NCBI GenBank assembly: GCA_965371515.1
Contig: CBDUYR010000040.1
Span: 1-25,803, forward strand
DNA: 25,803 nt
Direction: 5' to 3'
Source: an uncultured bacterium
GTDB lineage: Bacteria; Krumholzibacteriota; Krumholzibacteriia; Krumholzibacteriales; Krumholzibacteriaceae
The translations under genes and the position numbers were made by a program. The notes under the pieces are model-generated. The model did not search any database. It saw only the letters and a program-made list of their open reading frames with translations, and was not told the DNA's origin. Below are positions 17,682 through 25,803 of the stretch, in pieces (position 1 is the first letter of the stretch; every line of letters begins with the position of its first letter).

Positions 17682-19037
17682 ATGATGGAAAAATACGACA
17701 TCGCAGTGATCGGCGGCGGCCCTGCCGGAATCACACTGGCAAAGATGCTGGGCGGCCGGAGCAGGATGGCCGTTATACGGCCTGAAGATCACAGCATGAT
17801 CTACTGCGCCATGCCTTACGCAATAGAAGGATTGATCGAAGAAGGAAAAACTCTGAAAAAGGACAGTCTTGTCACCGATGCCGGAGCGGAACTGATCAGA
17901 ACTTCCGTTACCGGTGTGGACTTTGACGGCAAGGTCGTCACACTCTCGGATTCTTCACAGATAACATATGACAAACTGGTCATCGCTACCGGCGCGACGC
18001 CTTTCATTCCACCCATCCCGGGCAAGGATCTGAATGGAGTCACGGGATTCAAGACGAGAGCAGATCTGAACAGGATCAACGAATTGATCGACTCCGGGCT
18101 CAGCAAGGCTGTTGTAGTCGGAGCGGGGGCCATCGGGATCGAGCTGGCTCTTGCCGTCAAGGCCAGGGGGGTCGAGGTCGATCTCGTCGATATGGAGAAA
18201 TCTGTACTGCCCAATCTGCTCGACAGTGAGATGTCCGAGCCGCTGTACGCAGAGCTGATCAAGGCCGGGATCAGGATCCACCTCGGGGCGAAAGTGACGG
18301 AGTTGCTGGGAGAATCGTCCGTCAAACAGGTCGTTCTGGATAACGGTCATGTGATTCCATTCGAATCAAGCCCGGTGAGCCTGATCGTCTTTACAACGGG
18401 GATGAAGCCATCAGTATCCCTTGTGAAAGACAGCGAAATGCAGGTCGGCAGGGACGGGATCATTGTGAACGAGAAGATGGAGACAAGCATTCCGGATGTC
18501 TTCGCCGCGGGAGATTGCGTTCAGTTCAAGAGCGGGATCACCGGAGAGCCTGTTTCCGGAAAACTCGCTACAAACGCCGTGCCGATGGCGAGGATCATAG
18601 GTTTTAATATGACCGGTCAGGACAGGGTCTACCCGGGCTTCTTCAATGGCGCCGCTACAAAGGTCGGACAGTATTTCGCCGGCGGGACAGGATATTCTGA
18701 AAGCGCCGCCACAAAAGTCGGCATCAAGACGGTCTGCGGGCACAGCGAAGTCACAACGCAGTTTCCGATCATGCCTGAAGCGAAGAAGATGCAGATCAAG
18801 CTAGTTGCCGAGCGAGATTCGCACCGACTTATCGGGGGCCAGATAGTCAGCGGAGAACCGGTCACAGGGAGAATAGACCTTCTCACCTTCGCCATACAGA
18901 ACAAGGCGACCGTTGAGGATCTGTCAAGCCTGAGTTATTCCGCCCAGCCCTATCAGTCTTTCTATCCCGCCGCGAACGGTGTTGTCCTCGCGGCTGAAGA
19001 TATCATCAAAAAAGAAGGTTACAAGGAAGTGTCGTAA
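17682..19037 (+). CDS. FAD-dependent pyridine nucleotide-disulfide oxidoreductase (CoA-disulfide reductase/NADH oxidase family)
   Basis: GGGPAG FAD motif, single redox Cys in MIYCAMPY, ATGA, GAGAIG NAD motif followed by Asp, TSIPDVFAAGDC, dimerisation domain LIGGQ...RID. Confidence 0.9.
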   Translation: MMEKYDIAVIGGGPAGITLAKMLGGRSRMAVIRPEDHSMIYCAMPYAIEGLIEEGKTLKKDSLVTDAGAELIRTSVTGVDFDGKVVTLSDSSQITYDKLVIATGATPFIPPIPGKDLNGVTGFKTRADLNRINELIDSGLSKAVVVGAGAIGIELALAVKARGVEVDLVDMEKSVLPNLLDSEMSEPLYAELIKAGIRIHLGAKVTELLGESSVKQVVLDNGHVIPFESSPVSLIVFTTGMKPSVSLVKDSEMQVGRDGIIVNEKMETSIPDVFAAGDCVQFKSGITGEPVSGKLATNAVPMARIIGFNMTGQDRVYPGFFNGAATKVGQYFAGGTGYSESAATKVGIKTVCGHSEVTTQFPIMPEAKKMQIKLVAERDSHRLIGGQIVSGEPVTGRIDLLTFAIQNKATVEDLSSLSYSAQPYQSFYPAANGVVLAAEDIIKKEGYKEVS

Positions 19038-19082
19038 TTCGTACGTTTAGCTGATTCTCTGTCTTTGAAAGGTGGATCCCAG

Positions 19083-19508
19083 TTGGAAAATAAAAAGATG
19101 ACGATCGCACTTTTTTCAGGAAGCATCGACAAGCTGACCGGTGCGAGCATTATCCTGGCCGGCGCAGCCGCCGACGATATGGATATCGAGGTATACGTGT
19201 TGATGCAGGGCGCCCGCGCGTTCCTCAAGGATGTGGCCGGCGATCCTGAAAAGCTGGGTATGGCCGAGAATCCCGAGTTGAAAGAGGAGTTCCTCGCTTC
19301 TCTGGAGAGGCTCAAGGTCATGCCGTGGCTCGATTTTTTCAGGGAGGCGAAAGAACTTGCCGACGTGAAGATCTATGTCTGCGGGCTGGCTGGAAAGATC
19401 TGGGGCGGAGAAGAAGTCAGTGACTTTGTCGATCTGGTTGATGATATTGTCGGGATAGGAGAATGCATTACTTCGATGGAAGAATCCGACATTCATCTGT
19501 TCATCTAG
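19083..19508 (+). CDS. DsrE/DsrF/DrsH-like sulfurtransferase family protein
   Basis: KMTIALFSGSIDKL...ILAGAAA, IYVCGLA (conserved Cys), DDIVGI...LFI. TTG 19083 follows AAGGTG; ATG 19098 is an alternative start. Confidence 0.85.
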   Translation: MENKKMTIALFSGSIDKLTGASIILAGAAADDMDIEVYVLMQGARAFLKDVAGDPEKLGMAENPELKEEFLASLERLKVMPWLDFFREAKELADVKIYVCGLAGKIWGGEEVSDFVDLVDDIVGIGECITSMEESDIHLFI

Positions 19509-19522
19509 CAGAAGGAGCTGTA

Positions 19523-19774
19523 ATGGATCAGGAAGAACTGAAGAACCTCAAGGTGGACAAGACCGTGGATGCGAGAGCGACGGCTTGTCCCGGACCGCTT
19601 CTGGCGGCGAAAAAAGCAGTCAGAGAACTGGATTCGGCCCAGATCATGGAAATCCTGTCATCTGATGCCGCCACCAAGAGAGATGTCCCGAAATGGGCAC
19701 AGAAGAAGGGTCACGAATACCTCGGTACTGTTGAGGAATCGGGATACTTCAAAATCTATATGAAGATAAAATGA
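19523..19774 (+). CDS. tusA: TusA/SirA family sulfur carrier
   Basis: VDARATACPGPLLAAKK (CPxP), SSDAATKRDVPKWAQKKGHEYL. AAGGAG SD before ATG 19523. Confidence 0.92.
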   Translation: MDQEELKNLKVDKTVDARATACPGPLLAAKKAVRELDSAQIMEILSSDAATKRDVPKWAQKKGHEYLGTVEESGYFKIYMKIK

Positions 19775-20175
19775 CAGAAGAAAAAGACGGGAATAATATC
19801 TCGATCCTGGTTTTTTCGACAGAAAAGATCTCGGATCCCGCGATCGATCTTGCCGGGTTGCTGAAGCAGCACTACCCGCCTGTGGTCGATAATATCAGCG
19901 TTCCGTGTTCGAGCGCTATAAAGCCGAAGTGGATCATGCATGCGTTTGACAGGGGATTTGACGGCGTCTTTATCGCCGCCGACGGCACGGATTGCCCATT
20001 CGGCGAATCGTGTGCGGAGAAAACGGCCGAAATCATCTCGCGGACGCACGAATTGATGAAGGAAAAGGGTATGGACACGGCCAGGCTGAGAATGGCCGCG
20101 ATCTGCTCGGTCTGTTCGGCATCGTTTGTCAAGCAGGTAAAGAGCCTCGCTGATTATCTGGGTGAAACATCATGA
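19771..20175 (+). CDS. mvhD: MvhD/FlpD-like iron-sulfur subunit with atypical Cys pattern
   Basis: IDLAG...YP, VPCSS, AFDRGFDGVFIA, DCPF, GMDTARL match the MvhD fold. ATGA overlaps with tusA and hdrA. Confidence 0.82.
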   Translation: MTEEKDGNNISILVFSTEKISDPAIDLAGLLKQHYPPVVDNISVPCSSAIKPKWIMHAFDRGFDGVFIAADGTDCPFGESCAEKTAEIISRTHELMKEKGMDTARLRMAAICSVCSASFVKQVKSLADYLGETS

Positions 20176-21473
20176 CCGGACAGACAGATAAGCTGGAATA
20201 CGATGTTGTCGTGATCGGGGGAGGCATCGCCGGGCAGGAATCGGCACTGAATATGGCCGATTCAGGCCTCAAGGTGCTGCTCGTCGAAAAGGACCTCTCC
20301 ATCGGCGGGAAAATGATCCACCTGAGCAAGGTCTTCCCGACCCTCGATTGCGCCGCCTGCATAACGACGCCGAAGGTCTCCGAAACAGCGAGGCATCCGA
20401 ACATCACGATCGTAACTAACAGCGAGATAGGCGATATTGAAAGGCTCCCCGACAATTCTTTAAGGGGCACGCTGACAAGACATCCGCGCTATGTCATCGA
20501 AAAGGACTGCACCGGAGGTGGAGATTGTGAGGAAGTCTGCCCGGTCATCGTCGAGGATCAGTTCCAGTACGGCATGGTAGGCAGGAAGGCCGCCTACGTC
20601 CCGTTCAGCATCGCCAATCCCAGGATCGCGACTATCGATATAGAGAACTGCATCCTCTGCGGCGCCTGCGAGAGGGTATGTCCGGCCGACGCCATCGATT
20701 TTACACAGAAGACCGAAAAACACGAAGTCATAGCGAAGACTGTGATTGTCGCGACGGGATTCAGGCTGTTCGACCATTCTATTATCGAGAATTACGGGCT
20801 GGGCAGATTCAGGAACGTTGTTACGTCGATGCAGATGGAGAGGCAGCTTGTTCCGACAAGGCCGTACAACAATGTTCTTCGGCCGAAGGACGGGAAGATG
20901 CCCGACAATATCGCGTATGTCCTCTGCACCGGGTCGCGGGATATAACGCTGGGCAATCCGATATGCTCACAGGTCTGCTGCATGTATTCGATGAAGCAGG
21001 GACAGCTCCTGCTCGGTGCGCTGCCGATGGCGGATGTTACGATCTACTATATCAATATCAGGGCGTTCGGGAAGGGGTTCGAGGAGTTCTATCAGGGCAC
21101 CAGGGATATGGGGGTCGAGTTCATCAAGGGGAAGGTGGGCACGATCAAAGAGAAGGACAATGGAGACCTGACGCTCAGGTACGAGGATGCGCAGGATGGA
21201 AGTGTGAAGGAGGCGGATCACGATCTTGTAGTCCTCTCCGTCGGCATGCTGTCGAACCCTGAAGCGGGTATGCTTTTCAAGGACAACGCCCTCGAACTCG
21301 ATGAGTATGGCTATATCAGACAGGTCGACATGCTGAGCAATCCCGCAAGTACGAATATCGAAGGGGTCTTCGTGGCGGGCACCGCTTCCGGGCCTATGGA
21401 TATTCCTGATTCGATAGCTTCAGCCGGCGCCGCGTCCGCTGAGGCGCTGAGCTATATACAGAGGAAAGCATGA
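20172..21473 (+). CDS. hdrA: Heterodisulfide reductase subunit A-like flavoprotein (short paralog)
   Basis: GGGIAG, IGGKM..LSKVFPTLDCAAC, inserted ferredoxin domain (CxxGxxCxxxCP and CILCGACERVCP), CTGSRD, CSQVCCMYSMK, RAFGKGFEEFY, GVFVAG..SGPMDIPDS. Confidence 0.92.
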   Translation: MTGQTDKLEYDVVVIGGGIAGQESALNMADSGLKVLLVEKDLSIGGKMIHLSKVFPTLDCAACITTPKVSETARHPNITIVTNSEIGDIERLPDNSLRGTLTRHPRYVIEKDCTGGGDCEEVCPVIVEDQFQYGMVGRKAAYVPFSIANPRIATIDIENCILCGACERVCPADAIDFTQKTEKHEVIAKTVIVATGFRLFDHSIIENYGLGRFRNVVTSMQMERQLVPTRPYNNVLRPKDGKMPDNIAYVLCTGSRDITLGNPICSQVCCMYSMKQGQLLLGALPMADVTIYYINIRAFGKGFEEFYQGTRDMGVEFIKGKVGTIKEKDNGDLTLRYEDAQDGSVKEADHDLVVLSVGMLSNPEAGMLFKDNALELDEYGYIRQVDMLSNPASTNIEGVFVAGTASGPMDIPDSIASAGAASAEALSYIQRKA

Positions 21474-23425
21474 AGAACAGGATAGGCGTATATATCTGTG
21501 AGTGCGGGTCCAATATATCGGATTACGTCGACGTCCAGAAGGTCAAGGAGGCCGTGGAGCAGGAGAAAGGCGTGGTGCTGGCGAAGATAACGATGTTCGC
21601 CTGCGCGGATTCGACACAGCAGGAAATCGTACGGGATATTCAGGAAGAAAAACTCGACGGGATGGTCGTTGCCTCCTGCTCGCCCAAGCTTCATCTGGGT
21701 ACATTCAGGAATGTCGCCGAACGGGCCGGCCTCAACAGATACAATTACGTTCAATCCAATATCAGAGAACAGGGTTCCTGGGCCCATTCCGATACGCCCG
21801 CCGAGGCGACTGAAAAGGCGATAAGAAGCGTAAAAGCCGCGATTGCCAGGACGAGACTCTCTGAGGCGCTGACGCCCTCGATGATCCCCTCGGAGAACAC
21901 AGCCCTTGTCGTCGGCGCCGGGATAGCGGGCATGCGGTCCGCCATCGACCTTGCAGATACAGGTTCGCAGGTATACCTCGTCGAAAAGAATCATTTCGTC
22001 GGGGGAAGGACCGCGCAGTGGGGAGAATTGTTCCCCACTCAGGAAACGGGCTCCACGGTGATAACGGACCTCTACCGGGAGGTCGAGAAACGCGAAAATA
22101 TCACTCTTTATACTGGATGCGAAGTCGTGTCGAAGTCCGGGAGTCTGGGCAATTTCGAGGTACGGCTTAGAATCGATCCTCGGGGTTTTGGAGGTAGTGA
22201 CAGTATCGCTGTGCCGGCTGATTTCGAGGCGAGACTTGCAAAGGCGATCGACGCCTGCCCCGTCACTGTCGCCGACAGTTTCGATTTCGGGCTGACTGAG
22301 AGGAAGGCTCTCTACCTCAATCCCGGTGGATTGCCGGGACTTCCCGTCGTAGACCGGGATGCGTGCACGCGGTGCGGTGAGTGCGTGAAGATCTGCCCCG
22401 AGATCGATCTCGACCAGAAGGAAGAATTCAGGGATATAAAGGCGGGATCAGCCATTATTGCCACTGGATTCGATCCGTATGAACCGGGATCGGGCGAATT
22501 CGGATACGGCCTGATAGATAATGTAATAACTCTCCAGCAGTTCAGCAGATTGATCGAGATCTGCGGAGACAAGTTGATATTCGGTGGAAAAGAAGTGAAG
22601 AATATCGCCTGGATCTTCTGCGTAGGCAGCCGGCAGACAGGAGAGCTCGAAGGGGATAACAAGTACTGCGCGAGGTATTGCTGCACATCGGCGATCCACT
22701 CGGCGGTCGTTGCGAAGAAGAGATTTGCGGATATCCAGAACTATCACTTCACCAGGGGCGTCAGGACGTACGGGAAGTATGAAACTATATACGAGGAGTC
22801 TTCATCGCTCGGCGATATCTACCTGCAGTCTTTCGAGGACGACCCTCCCGTCGTGAGCGAAGAGCATGGAACAACGACGGTGAAGATAAACGATATACTG
22901 ACAGAGGAAAAGGAACTCGAGGTCGACGCCGATCTCGTTGTCCTCGTAACGGGAATGGTCCCGCGGGCCGACAGCACGATCGGCGCGATAATGAAGGCCC
23001 CTGCCGGCCTGGACGGCTTTTTCAACGAAATCCACCCCAAGCTCAAGCCGGTCGAGACGGTAATTGACGGGATCTTTCTGGCAGGGACGTCGCAGGGACC
23101 GAAAAATATCACCGAGACGGCCATGTCCGCTCACTCGGCCGCAATCAAGACTCACACGCTGATCAGCAAGGGGGAGATAGAGCTCGAGCCGACCATGGCC
23201 AGGGTCAACCCGACTATCTGTGAGTGGTGCGGGAAGTGTGCGGAGGCGTGTCCTTTCGATGCGATTGACGAGGTGAAAGACGGAGAAAAGGCCGTAGCTG
23301 TTGTCAACGAATCGGCCTGCAAGGGGTGCGGGATGTGCCTGCCCGTCTGCCCGGTGAATGCGATCCAGCTGATAGGATTTACAGACGGTGAAATAGAAGC
23401 GATGATCGACGCTTTGGCGGAATAA
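21470..23425 (+). CDS. hdrA: Heterodisulfide reductase subunit A-like flavoprotein (long paralog)
   Basis: IGVYICECG, ASCSP, NIREQ..WAH N-terminal domain, GAGIAG, CVGSR, CARYCC, EIHPKLKPVET, C-terminal CEWCGKCAEACP and CKGCGMCLPVCP. Confidence 0.93.
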   Translation: MKNRIGVYICECGSNISDYVDVQKVKEAVEQEKGVVLAKITMFACADSTQQEIVRDIQEEKLDGMVVASCSPKLHLGTFRNVAERAGLNRYNYVQSNIREQGSWAHSDTPAEATEKAIRSVKAAIARTRLSEALTPSMIPSENTALVVGAGIAGMRSAIDLADTGSQVYLVEKNHFVGGRTAQWGELFPTQETGSTVITDLYREVEKRENITLYTGCEVVSKSGSLGNFEVRLRIDPRGFGGSDSIAVPADFEARLAKAIDACPVTVADSFDFGLTERKALYLNPGGLPGLPVVDRDACTRCGECVKICPEIDLDQKEEFRDIKAGSAIIATGFDPYEPGSGEFGYGLIDNVITLQQFSRLIEICGDKLIFGGKEVKNIAWIFCVGSRQTGELEGDNKYCARYCCTSAIHSAVVAKKRFADIQNYHFTRGVRTYGKYETIYEESSSLGDIYLQSFEDDPPVVSEEHGTTTVKINDILTEEKELEVDADLVVLVTGMVPRADSTIGAIMKAPAGLDGFFNEIHPKLKPVETVIDGIFLAGTSQGPKNITETAMSAHSAAIKTHTLISKGEIELEPTMARVNPTICEWCGKCAEACPFDAIDEVKDGEKAVAVVNESACKGCGMCLPVCPVNAIQLIGFTDGEIEAMIDALAE

Positions 23426-23442
23426 TCAGGGAATCCGGGGTT

Positions 23443-23718
23443 ATGAGCGAAAAGAAGCGGACAATAGACCAGATGAAAGAGCAGCGGGAGGTCCCCGCCG
23501 GGGTGAAGGAGCGGCTGAAGAAGTATACAGCGGTTAAAAAATCGATAAAGAAGGCGCTGGAGGGGGAAGAACTGACCATACTCGAGATCGCCGAAAAGAC
23601 AGGGATGAAGCCGGAAGATGTCACCTGGCATCTCATGACGATGAGGAAGTTCGGCGAGATCGAGTTCGTCGATGACGATGACGTGGACGATTATTACAGC
23701 TACAGGATAAAGGAATAA
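23443..23718 (+). CDS. Small winged helix-turn-helix protein
   Basis: IKKAL...LTILEIAEKTGM...VTWHLMTMRKFGEI HTH pattern with an acidic wing; fits between hdrA and the membrane subunit. Confidence 0.82.
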   Translation: MSEKKRTIDQMKEQREVPAGVKERLKKYTAVKKSIKKALEGEELTILEIAEKTGMKPEDVTWHLMTMRKFGEIEFVDDDDVDDYYSYRIKE

Positions 23719-23722
23719 CCGG

Positions 23723-24877
23723 ATGGCAAAGATAAACCCGGGATTCGCCCAGGAAATCGAGAAATTCGGCGCCGTCGACTTTACCGCCTGCTATAACTGC
23801 GGCAACTGCACGGCCGTGTGCCCGCTCGTGGAGGGTGACGGCACGTTCCCGCGGCGGCTGCTGAGGTACACCGTCCTGGGCCTCGAAGAGGATATTCACA
23901 AGTCGCCTGAACCCTGGCTGTGCTACTACTGCGGCGACTGCAGCGAGAGCTGCCCGCGTCAGGCCAATCCCGGCGAGATCATGATGTCGCTGAGGCGGTA
24001 TCTAACGGCAAGCTACGACTGGACGGGACTTTCGAAGAAATTCTATACATCGCTGGCCTGGGAGATAGGCGCCATTGCACTGCTCGCTTCTGTCGTCATC
24101 CTTCTCTTCGCCTTTTTCATGCCGTTCACGGCCGACCCGGCGACCCTGATCAACGCGGACGGTGGGGTGAAGATAAACAGCTTCGTCGAAGGGATGGAGC
24201 CCGAAACCTTCGTCAAGAGGATCGAGATCGGCGACTGGGTCATGGCGGCCGTTATCTCATTCTTCCTGATCTCGAATATCTTCAATATGTATCGGAAGAT
24301 AGTTCTCAGGGGCGGAAAGACGAAGATACCGCTTCGGCTCTACGTCACGGAAGCATGGAACCTGTTCTTCCATACCGCCACCCAGATAAGGTTCGCGAAA
24401 TGCAAGGACAAGACCTACTGGGCGCTGCACTGGCTGCTCATGTCCGGCTACGGCCTCATGTTTTCGATGATAGTGCTGTTTCTGCCGTGGTTTCAGACGG
24501 AAAGCATACATCCGGTCCTGCACCCGCAGAGATTAATCGGGTATTACGCGACATTCGGCATCCTGCTGGCCATAATCGTATGGTCCATACAGAGGATCCG
24601 GAGATCGGGAGAGAACCACAAGTATTCACATAAGACCGACTGGGCATTCCTCATACTGCTCTTCCTGACGACCCTGACCGGGATCCTCGTGCATATCTTC
24701 AGGATCAGCGGAATGGTCAGCGCCACATACTACATGTATGTGATCCATATCGCCATACTCGCGCCGATGCTCGTGATAGAGGTCCCGTTTTCGAAATGGT
24801 CGCACCTTGCGTACCGGCCGCTGGCCATCTATTTCACGAAGCTGGCCGAATCCGCCGCCAAACAATCCCGGTCATAA
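23723..24877 (+). CDS. QmoC-like membrane subunit: HdrC-type 2x[4Fe-4S] domain fused to a NarI/HdrE-like cytochrome b domain
   Basis: CYNCGNCTAVCP and CYYCGDCSESCPR, then about six hydrophobic segments with His candidates (ALHWL, LVHIF, VIHIA, PFSKWSHLAYRP). Confidence 0.88.
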   Translation: MAKINPGFAQEIEKFGAVDFTACYNCGNCTAVCPLVEGDGTFPRRLLRYTVLGLEEDIHKSPEPWLCYYCGDCSESCPRQANPGEIMMSLRRYLTASYDWTGLSKKFYTSLAWEIGAIALLASVVILLFAFFMPFTADPATLINADGGVKINSFVEGMEPETFVKRIEIGDWVMAAVISFFLISNIFNMYRKIVLRGGKTKIPLRLYVTEAWNLFFHTATQIRFAKCKDKTYWALHWLLMSGYGLMFSMIVLFLPWFQTESIHPVLHPQRLIGYYATFGILLAIIVWSIQRIRRSGENHKYSHKTDWAFLILLFLTTLTGILVHIFRISGMVSATYYMYVIHIAILAPMLVIEVPFSKWSHLAYRPLAIYFTKLAESAAKQSRS

Positions 24878-24988
24878 TCCAGAACATTTATGCTATCATC
24901 CCCGGGGCGATGGTGTGTCCGCGCCTCCGCGCAGGACACTGGAGATATGGAAGCGATTTGTCATAACATTTACGGGCATGGTGAAACG

Positions 24989-25803
24989 ATGAAAAGAAAT
25001 CTGACGATCAGCTTTACGGTTCTCGGGCTTGTTATTCTTACCTGGGCAGCGATGGCCGGGAATAAGCAGGGGTCGTCGATAAGGGTCGGGGTGTACAACG
25101 GCGATGGGGCCAGCCCGGCCTGCGTGATAGAGACGTTCGAGGCGCTCAGGATCGACAGCGGAATCGTGCCCTCGCTGATCGGTCCCAGTGATATCTATAC
25201 TGGCAGGCTCGCCAAGATCGATGTGATCGTATTCCCCGGGGGGAGCGGCAGCAGGCAGAACAACAGCCTGGGCAGCGGGTCGCACGGGAAGATCATTCGC
25301 TTCGTCCGGGAGAAGGGAAAGGGTGTCGTCGGCATCTGCGCTGGCGCCTACCTCGTGTCCGACTCTGAAGGTTATCCATGCCTCGGCCTGATCGGTATCG
25401 ACACGATAGACAGGGAGCATGACAAGCGCGGCAGCGCTCTCGTCGAGGTCTCGTTCACCGAAAGGGGCCTTACGATATTCCCCGAGATGAAGGAATTCAC
25501 GCACGGGTACATACAGTACCACGACGGACCGGTATTCGTTCCGCTTACCGGGGTCGAGAACGTCGCCTGCGAAGAACTTGCCGTAAACAAGAGCGATGTA
25601 CATCATACCGGTAATGCCCCGCCGGGGATGACGCCGGGCAAATCGTTTCTGCTCTGCGAGGAAGCGGGTGCGGGGAGGGTGTTCGCCTGCGCCGGCCACC
25701 CGGAGTCGACGACCGGCATGCGATGGATAGTGCCGCGCATGGTCCGGTGGGTTGCCCGCAGGGAGCTCGTCGGCTATCCGGCGGATGTCACGAGACCGGG
25801 GCT
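24989..25803 (+). CDS. Secreted BPL_N / class I glutamine amidotransferase-fold protein, 3' end outside window
   Basis: Not in the ORF track because it runs off the window. Translation from ATG 24989: MKRNLTISFTVLGLVILTWAAMAG...IRVGVYNGDGAS...IVFPGGSGS...GICAGAY...YHDGP...AGHPES. Signal peptide plus Cys/His/Glu triad motifs. Confidence 0.85.
   Translation, partial: MKRNLTISFTVLGLVILTWAAMAGNKQGSSIRVGVYNGDGASPACVIETFEALRIDSGIVPSLIGPSDIYTGRLAKIDVIVFPGGSGSRQNNSLGSGSHGKIIRFVREKGKGVVGICAGAYLVSDSEGYPCLGLIGIDTIDREHDKRGSALVEVSFTERGLTIFPEMKEFTHGYIQYHDGPVFVPLTGVENVACEELAVNKSDVHHTGNAPPGMTPGKSFLLCEEAGAGRVFACAGHPESTTGMRWIVPRMVRWVARRELVGYPADVTRPG

Noticed and set aside
19523..21473. Selenocysteine readthrough at the TGA stops of tusA, mvhD and hdrA
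   Set aside because: Each TGA is at the natural protein end and overlaps the next ATG, and the usual Sec positions are not TGA.
20172..23425. Frameshifted single hdrA or pseudogene
   Set aside because: Each ORF has its own FAD-binding fold and start context, so they are paralogs.
24896..25699. 267-aa minus-strand ORF
   Set aside because: The real gene is the plus-strand BPL_N protein, which has clear catalytic motifs.

Overview
High-GC bacterial genomic DNA, probably from an anaerobic FCB-related lineage: two giant secreted proteins carry FlgD-Ig/T9SS-like C-terminal domains, while promoters are canonical sigma70-type and Shine-Dalgarno sites are strong. In order: (1) a minus-strand operon of a non-canonical D-Ala-D-Ala-ligase-like ATP-grasp enzyme, a divergent glutamate 2,3-aminomutase-like radical SAM/PLP enzyme and an M20 peptidase (cut by the window start), a candidate beta-amino-acid peptide synthesis/turnover pathway; (2) DUF805, ATP-dependent phosphofructokinase and an RRM RNA-binding protein; (3) two large modular secreted proteins, an M6 metalloprotease and a beta-helix protein with a putative Cys-His-Asp catalytic domain; (4) a THUMP rRNA methyltransferase; (5) a tightly coupled 10-gene redox/sulfur operon (DUF134 regulator, Cys-rich small protein, CoA-disulfide-reductase-like flavoprotein, DsrE, TusA, atypical MvhD, two HdrA paralogs, winged-HTH protein, QmoC-like membrane subunit) with no HdrB/D or AprAB; (6) a secreted BPL_N glutamine-amidotransferase-fold protein cut by the window end. 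No rRNA, tRNA, CRISPR or mobile element was recognised. All family calls come from reading motifs, not from database searches.
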